NCBI RefSeq assembly: GCF_018350175.1
Contig: NC_058383.1
Coordinates: 17,918,001 to 17,982,000, forward strand
DNA length: 64,000 bases
Origin: Felis catus
Taxonomy: Eukaryota
Direction: 5' to 3'
The position numbers were made by a program, and so were the translations under genes. Numbering within the stretch: position 1 is the first letter of the stretch; each line of letters begins with the position of its first letter. Positions 57,595-64,000 of this stretch are shown here, piece by piece. The notes under the pieces were generated by a model. It saw only the letters and a program-made list of their open reading frames with translations. It was not told where the DNA came from and made no database searches.

Positions 57595-59171
57595 GGCATT
57601 TCTTTTCTTTTTCTTTTTCTTTTCATTTCTAATGTTTATTTATTTATTTGGTGGGGGGGGGGGGAGCGCAGACAGAGAGGGAGAGAGAGAATCCCAAAGC
57701 AGGCCCCGCGCCAACGTCAGCCACGAGATCACAACCTCGGTTGAAATCAAGAGTCAGATGCTCAACCGACTGAGCCACCCAGGTGCCCCTGGCATTTCTT
57801 AAGTATTTAAATAAGTTAGGAATATTATGTGTAGTCTTTCTGACTACCTACTATTCAGTTACGAATGTCCTCCATTTTGCTGATGAGAAAAGCGAGGCTC
57901 ATAGAGGTGAAGTGATCTATCTCATGCCACACAGCCTGAAAGTGGTAAAGCCGGCCTTTGAACCCGGTGTGTGTGATCCTGAAGTCCAGCCAGAATATTT
58001 GGTGAAATGTCTGCTCTTATTTTTTTTTAAGATGTTATTTTTAAGTAATCTCTATATTCAACCTGGGGCTCGAACTCACAACCCCAAGATCAAGAGTCAC
58101 ATGCTCCACTGACTGAGCCAGCCAGGCGCCCCTATTCCTATTTTTTGTCTATGATAAAATTCGGTTATTTGTCTTATTATTATTGAGTTTGTAGCAGACA
58201 GTTACATATCCCAGATACAAGTCTTTTGTCAGATATATCTTTTGCAAAATATTTCTCTTGGTCTGTGGCTTGTTTTTAACTTCTTTTTAATCAGTATCTT
58301 TTGAAGAGTGGAAATTTTAAATTTTGATGAAGTTCAATTTTGGATTTTTTGCCCTTATAGTTTGTGCCTTTTTGTGTCCTATCTAAGAAATCTTCATCAA
58401 ATTCAGAGTCACCAACATTTTCTGATTCTTCTAGAAGTCTTATAGTTTCAGTTCTAACATTTAGGTCTATGATATCTTTGTGTTAACTTTTGTATACACT
58501 TCACTTTTTTTGTGTATGGCTAGCCAGTCACGTGAGCATGTTTGTTGAGAAGATTCTCCTTTCCACTGTTGAAAAATTGCCTTGCCCCCTTTCCAGAACA
58601 TCAATTGTCCGCATATATGTTCATCTATTTCTGAATTACATATTTTGTTCCATTGGTTTCTATGTTTATCTCTATACTAATACTATACTGTCTTTTTTTT
58701 TCTCATTTTTTAAAAAAAGTAATCTTTAAGCCAGCCCATCAAGGGGCTTGAACTCATGACCCTGCTATGAAGAGTTGCATGTCCCATTGACTAAGCCATC
58801 CAGGTGCCCCTCAGTACCATACTGTTTTGATAACTGTAGCTTTTTTTTTTTTTGCCTTTTTTTTTAAAGTTTATTTATTTATTTTGAGAGAGAGAGAGAG
58901 AATGCACGTGTGCTCATGCTGGCAGAGAGAGAGAGAATCCCGAACAGGCTCTGCACTACACTGTCAGTGCGGAGCCTGTTGCAGGGCTCGATCTCACAAC
59001 CCTGGGATCATCACCTGAGCTGAAATCAAGAGTTGGATGCTTAACCGACTGAGCCACCCAGGTGTCCCGGTAACTGTAACTTTATGGTGAATCTTGACAT
59101 CAAGTAGTGAACATCCTCTAACTTTTTTCTCTTTAAAGATTGTTTTGGCTAGTCTATGTCCTTGGCATTTC

Positions 59172-59211
<40 letters not shown>

Positions 59212-61718
59212 ATTCATTTTTGAAAGACAGAGTGTGAGTGGGGGGGAGGGGGCAGAGAGAGAGGGAGACACAGAATCTGAAGCAGGTTCCAAGCTCCAAG
59301 CTGTCAGCACAGAGCCCAATGTGGGGCTCGAAATCACGAACTGCGAGATCATGACCTGAGCTGAAGTCAGACGCTTAATCAACTGAGCCACCCAGGTGCC
59401 CCTGTCCTTGGCATTTCTAAATAAATTTTCGAATCAGCTTGTCAATTTCCCGAAAAACCTGGTTGGGATTTGAAGGGAATAATGTTAAATCTATGTAGAA
59501 TTGATATTATTTCTTCATTAAATGTTTGGTGGAATTTACCAAAGGAGCCATCTGTATCTGGAATTTTCTTTGTGGGAAATTTTTTTTCCCCTGAATTTTT
59601 CCAGGTATTATCTCCAGTTTATGGGGACCATGAAGGAATTCAATTGGTTTTATCAAGTTCACCAGCAAAGCAACAATGTGAAACCTGAGAGTGAATCCTT
59701 TCGGCTTCCAAATATTTTGAAAGCTGGCTCCTGAAAAATAACAACAAAACCATTGTATGGGGATGCCTGGCTGGTTCAGTGGGTGGAGCGTGCAACTCTT
59801 GATCTCAGGGTCATGAGTTCAAACCCCATGTTGGATGCAGAGTTTAGTTAAAAATAAATAAATAAAATCTAAAAGAAAAAAAAAGTTGTATGATGAGAAA
59901 GTATTTCTGGGATTGAAAGAGAAAAACCTTGTCTCTCATACCTAGAAGTCTGTGCTGGTTCCAAAGAGAATGTTTTTATTTTAGGCACAGAGCTCCAATT
60001 AACGTTATGGGAAGATTTAACTAGAAATTCAATTTCGTTAATTATATGTGAGGCTATTTAAGTTTTCCGTTTCTTCTTGAGTGTGCTTTGACAGTTTGTT
60101 AGTTTTAAGGAATTTTTCCATTTCATCCATGTGATTGAATTTGCTGGCACAAAGTCGTTCACGGAATTACTTCCTTAATTTCATTTTTGGTCTGTTGCAC
60201 TTTGAATATGTCATTCTACTCACTGACTTCTGGCCTCCATTGTTTCGGATGAAAAGTTTGTGTAGGTCAGTGTTGATGCTCTCTGCACATGGTGAGTCTT
60301 TTTCATTGCTGCTTTTATTATTTTCTCTTTGTCTTTCTTTAAAAATAATTTTTTTAACGTTTATTCATTTTTTGATAGAGAGAGAGAGAGACAGAGCGTG
60401 AGTGGGGGAGGGGCAGAGAAAGAGGGAGACAGAATCAGAAGCGGGCTCCAGGCTCCGAACTGACAGCACAGAGCCCGCCGTAGGGCTCGAACTCATGGAC
60501 CGCACCGTGAGATCATGACCTGAGCCACCAGGCGCCCCCTTTTTGTCTTTCAATGGTTGGCTATGATGGGTCTAACTGTGAATCCCTTTCCATTGATCCT
60601 ACCTCATATTCACTGAGCTTCTTGGATGTGTAGATTAATTTTTCAACAAATTTGGAAGTTCTGGGCCATTGTTTCCCTTTTTTCCCCTCCTTTTCCCTGA
60701 TGCAGTACTCTATGAGTTTCTGTGGTGACATACTCTGTGACAAAATGTTTAAGATTTTGGTGTCATAGTCAGTGTCCCAGGTTTGAATTCCAGCTCTGCC
60801 AGTTATTAGTTGTGTAAACCCAGACAAGTCACTTCATTGCTTTGAGTCTTTATTTAAAAAAATTTTTTTTAATGTTTATTTATTTTTGAGAGGGAGACAG
60901 AGTGTGAGCAGGGGAGGGGCAGAGAGAGAGGAAGACACAGAATCTGAAGCAGGCTCCAGGCTTCGTCCGAGCTGTCGGCACAGAGCCCAACGTGGGGCTC
61001 GAACCCACCCACCGCGAGATCACGACCTGAGCCGAAGCCGGATGCTTAACCGACTGAGCCACCCAAGTACCCCACAGTCTTATTTTATGTTTACCACCTT
61101 ATTATAAAGGATATGATAAGGGATACAGATGACAACATGAACGGCCAGATGAAGAAGTACATAGGGTGGGGTCCTGGAGCTTGGGGTCCCAAGTTCAGGA
61201 GCTTCTCTTTCTATGAAAGTGGGGTGTGCTACCATCCCAGTATGTGGCCTCTGGTGCGACTCAGCTTGGACGCTCTGTGATTCTTTGTTCAAATCTTTCT
61301 GCTCTTTTCTCTCTTTTCCTTTCCTACTGGGACTCCTGTTATGTTTATGTTCGTACACCTGATGTTGTTCCATAGATCTCTGCGTAAAGACTCATTTTTT
61401 TTCTTGCCTTTTGAAGCAAGAATCTGAGTTCTTCAGATTGGGTAGTTTCTGTTGATCTTTCTTCATGGACATAGATTCTGTCATCTGTCATCTGTCATGT
61501 CAAATCTGTTGTTGAGCCCCTGTAGTGATTTTTAAGATTTTATTTTTAAGTAATCTCTGCACCCAACATGGGGCTTCAACTTACAGCCCTGAGACCAAGA
61601 GTCACACTCTCCACTGTCTGAGCCAGTCAGGTGCTCCTCTAGTTGTGCATTTCAAGTCTGGAGTTTATTGCCATTTTAACCTTTTGTTTAGTTTTGTTTG
61701 GTTTGGTTTGGTTTTTTG

Positions 61719-61749
<31 letters not shown>

Positions 61750-61915
61750 CATGAGCTGGGGAGGGGCAGAGAGAGGGAGAGAGAGAATCCTAAGCAGGCT
61801 TCATGGTGTCAGTGCAGAGCCCGACTTGGGGCTCCATCTCATGAAACGCAGGATCATGACCTGAGCCAAGATCAAGAATTAGACGCTTTAAAAAAAATTA
61901 AGCTTATTTATTTAT

Positions 61916-61952
<37 letters not shown>

Positions 61953-62085
61953 CAGAAAGAGAGGAAGAGAGAGAGAGAATCCCAAGCCGGTTTCGAACGG
62001 TGAGCACGGAACCCGATGTGAGGCTCCAATCCGTGGAACCACAAGGTCATGACCTGAGCTGAAATGAAGAGTTGGACGTTTAACC
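57595..62085 (-). mobile_element. Fragmented L1M with about 10 nested Can-SINEs, a MIR piece and a MER21-like LTR fragment (~61080-61250)
   Basis: Antisense L1 ORF2-like AT-rich segments between many SINEC copies; ttattataaaggat...cagatgaagaagtacataggg resembles MER21. Confidence 0.7.
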
Positions 62086-62433
62086 TGTGGTCGGGTCCCC
62101 TCCCTAAGGAACGAGAAAAAGAGAGAGAAAACTTCAAGGTAACCTGGCTATGTGCCTACATGACAACATCCCTCATGACCTTGTAGACAGACTACTTAAT
62201 CAGACTACATGTTTGTGTGTGTTATCATATATCATATGATATCATATGATATCATATATCATATATCATATATGGGAGACAAAGAAATAGAAAATGTATT
62301 AAAAAAACTATGCCATGTGACATGTGGTGCTCAGTTCTTCGGGTATGAACCCAACTGAGCGGTGCCGGCATGAATAAAGTTGCTTCCTGGAAATTAAAAA
62401 GCCTCGGTGTCTCTGTGCGAGAATCTTGCTACA
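62086..62433 (+). mobile_element. 5' LTR of a class I (gamma-like) endogenous retrovirus
   Basis: TG...CA ends, AATAAA at 62373-62378, immediately followed by a PBS; interrupts a Can-SINE at ...tttaacc|. Confidence 0.8.
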
Positions 62434-62438
62434 TTGCT

Positions 62439-62458
62439 TGGGGGCTCACATCGGGGAT
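62439..62458 (+). other. Primer-binding site, tRNA-Pro type (degenerate)
   Basis: tgggggctcacatcggggat resembles TGGGGGCTCGTCCGGGAT. Confidence 0.7.
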
Positions 62459-63126
62459 TTGGAGATGGTGCGTTTCTACCTCTTTTGCCACTGGGGTACA
62501 GCCTCAGAGCGCCAGGAGAAGCCACCTCGCTTGGTGCCAGCGGACCCTTTCACCCGTGGGAGATTAAACTATCCCGGGGTGCCGGGGTGCCGGGGCGAGG
62601 ACCCTGTGTGGGCTAACAAAACCTGTGAGGCCCAGGAACCAGCTTAACGAGTGCCACCCGTCAGACTGGTAAGAACCTGGTTCGTTTTGGCAGACCTGCC
62701 CCTAAGAGGCAGAGGGGAGTCTGATCACCTCTCAGAATTGCCCTAGTAACTCTCCACAAGGGTCGAGGAATGCAGCTGTAACTCAAAGGTGCTGAATGTA
62801 GGGCGGTGGGCTGGAGTCATTGTATGGATGTGTGTGAATGAGACGACAACGGGAAGGTTCCGACCTGGCCAAGGGCCGAAGCGGGTGTTGAGTCCTGGTC
62901 CGAGGTTCCGTGGTGAGGCTTAAGGCGGTGTCAGACTTCCTCGGGAGTCTGATCCTGGTCGGGAATTGAAACTGAACCCGCCAATGCTAAGAGGTGCCTG
63001 AAATATCTTCGAGAGGAGAGCGGGCGGGAACGGACAAAGTGGATGTGCATCCTCTCCAAACTAGTCCCCCTCCTTCCTTTTTTCCCCCCTCTCGTGTGTG
63101 TGAAAGTCGTCTGTTAGGGGCAGGAA

Positions 63127-64000
63127 ATGGGTGGAAAGCAGAGTAAAGCGCCTCTCCTAGAGTTTATGTTGAGAAACTGCAAAAAGGGATATTCAGGAAA
63201 TTATGGTGTGAAATTAACTCGTGAAAAGCTCCAGGCATTCTGTGAAATTGATTGGCCATCATTTGGGGTGGGCTGGCCCTCCCAGGGTTCACTTGATAAG
63301 GAACTAGTTGGCGAGTGTTCAGGGTCATCCCCTGGGGGATCCAGGCCACCCTGACCAATTTCTTTACATTGACTGTTGGCAAGACCTGGTCCTATCCCGG
63401 CCGCCTTGGCTAAAAAGTCTCTGTTGAGAGAGCTGTAAAGTTATGATGGTTCACATCATGGCTTCCTCCAAATACTGGCCAGAGATTAAAAAGCCCATAC
63501 TGTTGGGAGAACCTGAAGAAACACCATATGTCCCACTGCACCCCTTACTGCCACCTGTGCCTCCAGCAGCCCTAACTACAGAAACCTCATCAGAGTCTGC
63601 CTCCAGCCCCGAGGCCTCACCAGCCCCAGCACCACCAGCCCCCCTGAATGTGACCGACTTCCCTTGGACCACCAGTCTTAACCCCGTATATGACTCCTGA
63701 ACGACGACTAGAGAATCAGACTGGTGGAGGCAGCCCCTCCCTGCAGCCACACTGGAGAGCCCTACAGATGCCACTGAGGGAAACCAGGGGACCCATCTAT
63801 TATGATCAGGAAGGCCAGATCCAAGGAGGCCAACGTGTTTTTATGTACCCACCCTGTATCACTACGGAGCTCCTAAAATGGAAGCACCATACCCCCTCTC
63901 ATACAAAGCCCCAGGCCATGATGGACCTAATGCAGTCCATAATTCAAACCCACAAACCTTCCTGAACGGACTGCCGCCAACTTCTTCTGACCCTCTTCAA
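63127..64000 (+). pseudogene. gag: Disrupted ERV gag (matrix, Pro-rich region, start of capsid); runs off the window end
   Basis: MGGKQSK myristoylation-type start; LQAFCEIDWPSFGVGWPSQGSLD and [12 protein letters not shown] matrix motifs in different frames; QMPLRET...LLKWKHHTPS...THKPS*TDCRQLLLTLF capsid; several frameshifts and stops. Confidence 0.88.

Overview
Mammalian genomic DNA from a carnivore, most likely a felid, as shown by dozens of felid-type Can-SINEs. The window is syntenic with human 16p11.2. It holds six recognisable multi-exon genes whose exon structures can be rebuilt from GT-AG boundaries: ZNF771 (-), ZNF48 (-), SEPTIN1 (+), MYL11/MYLPF (-), TBC1D10B (+) and CD2BP2 (+). 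It ends in the 5' part of a decayed gammaretrovirus-like ERV (LTR, Pro-type PBS, broken gag). The most notable element is an intact 206-aa single-coding-exon ORF at 48661-49281 (-), between TBC1D10B and the CD2BP2 promoter. It has a sesquipedalian/PHETA (IPIP27/FAM109)-type N-terminus and PH domain plus a C-terminal F&H (OCRL/INPP5B-binding) motif. It is at neither the PHETA1 nor the PHETA2 locus and looks like a third family member. Other observations: an orphan promoter-like island 3' of ZNF48, a splice-dependent in-frame/out-of-frame uATG in CD2BP2, an exon-like unique insert inside an L1, and two N-gaps that preserve reading frame. Gene identities come from recalled similarity to human proteins; no database search was run.
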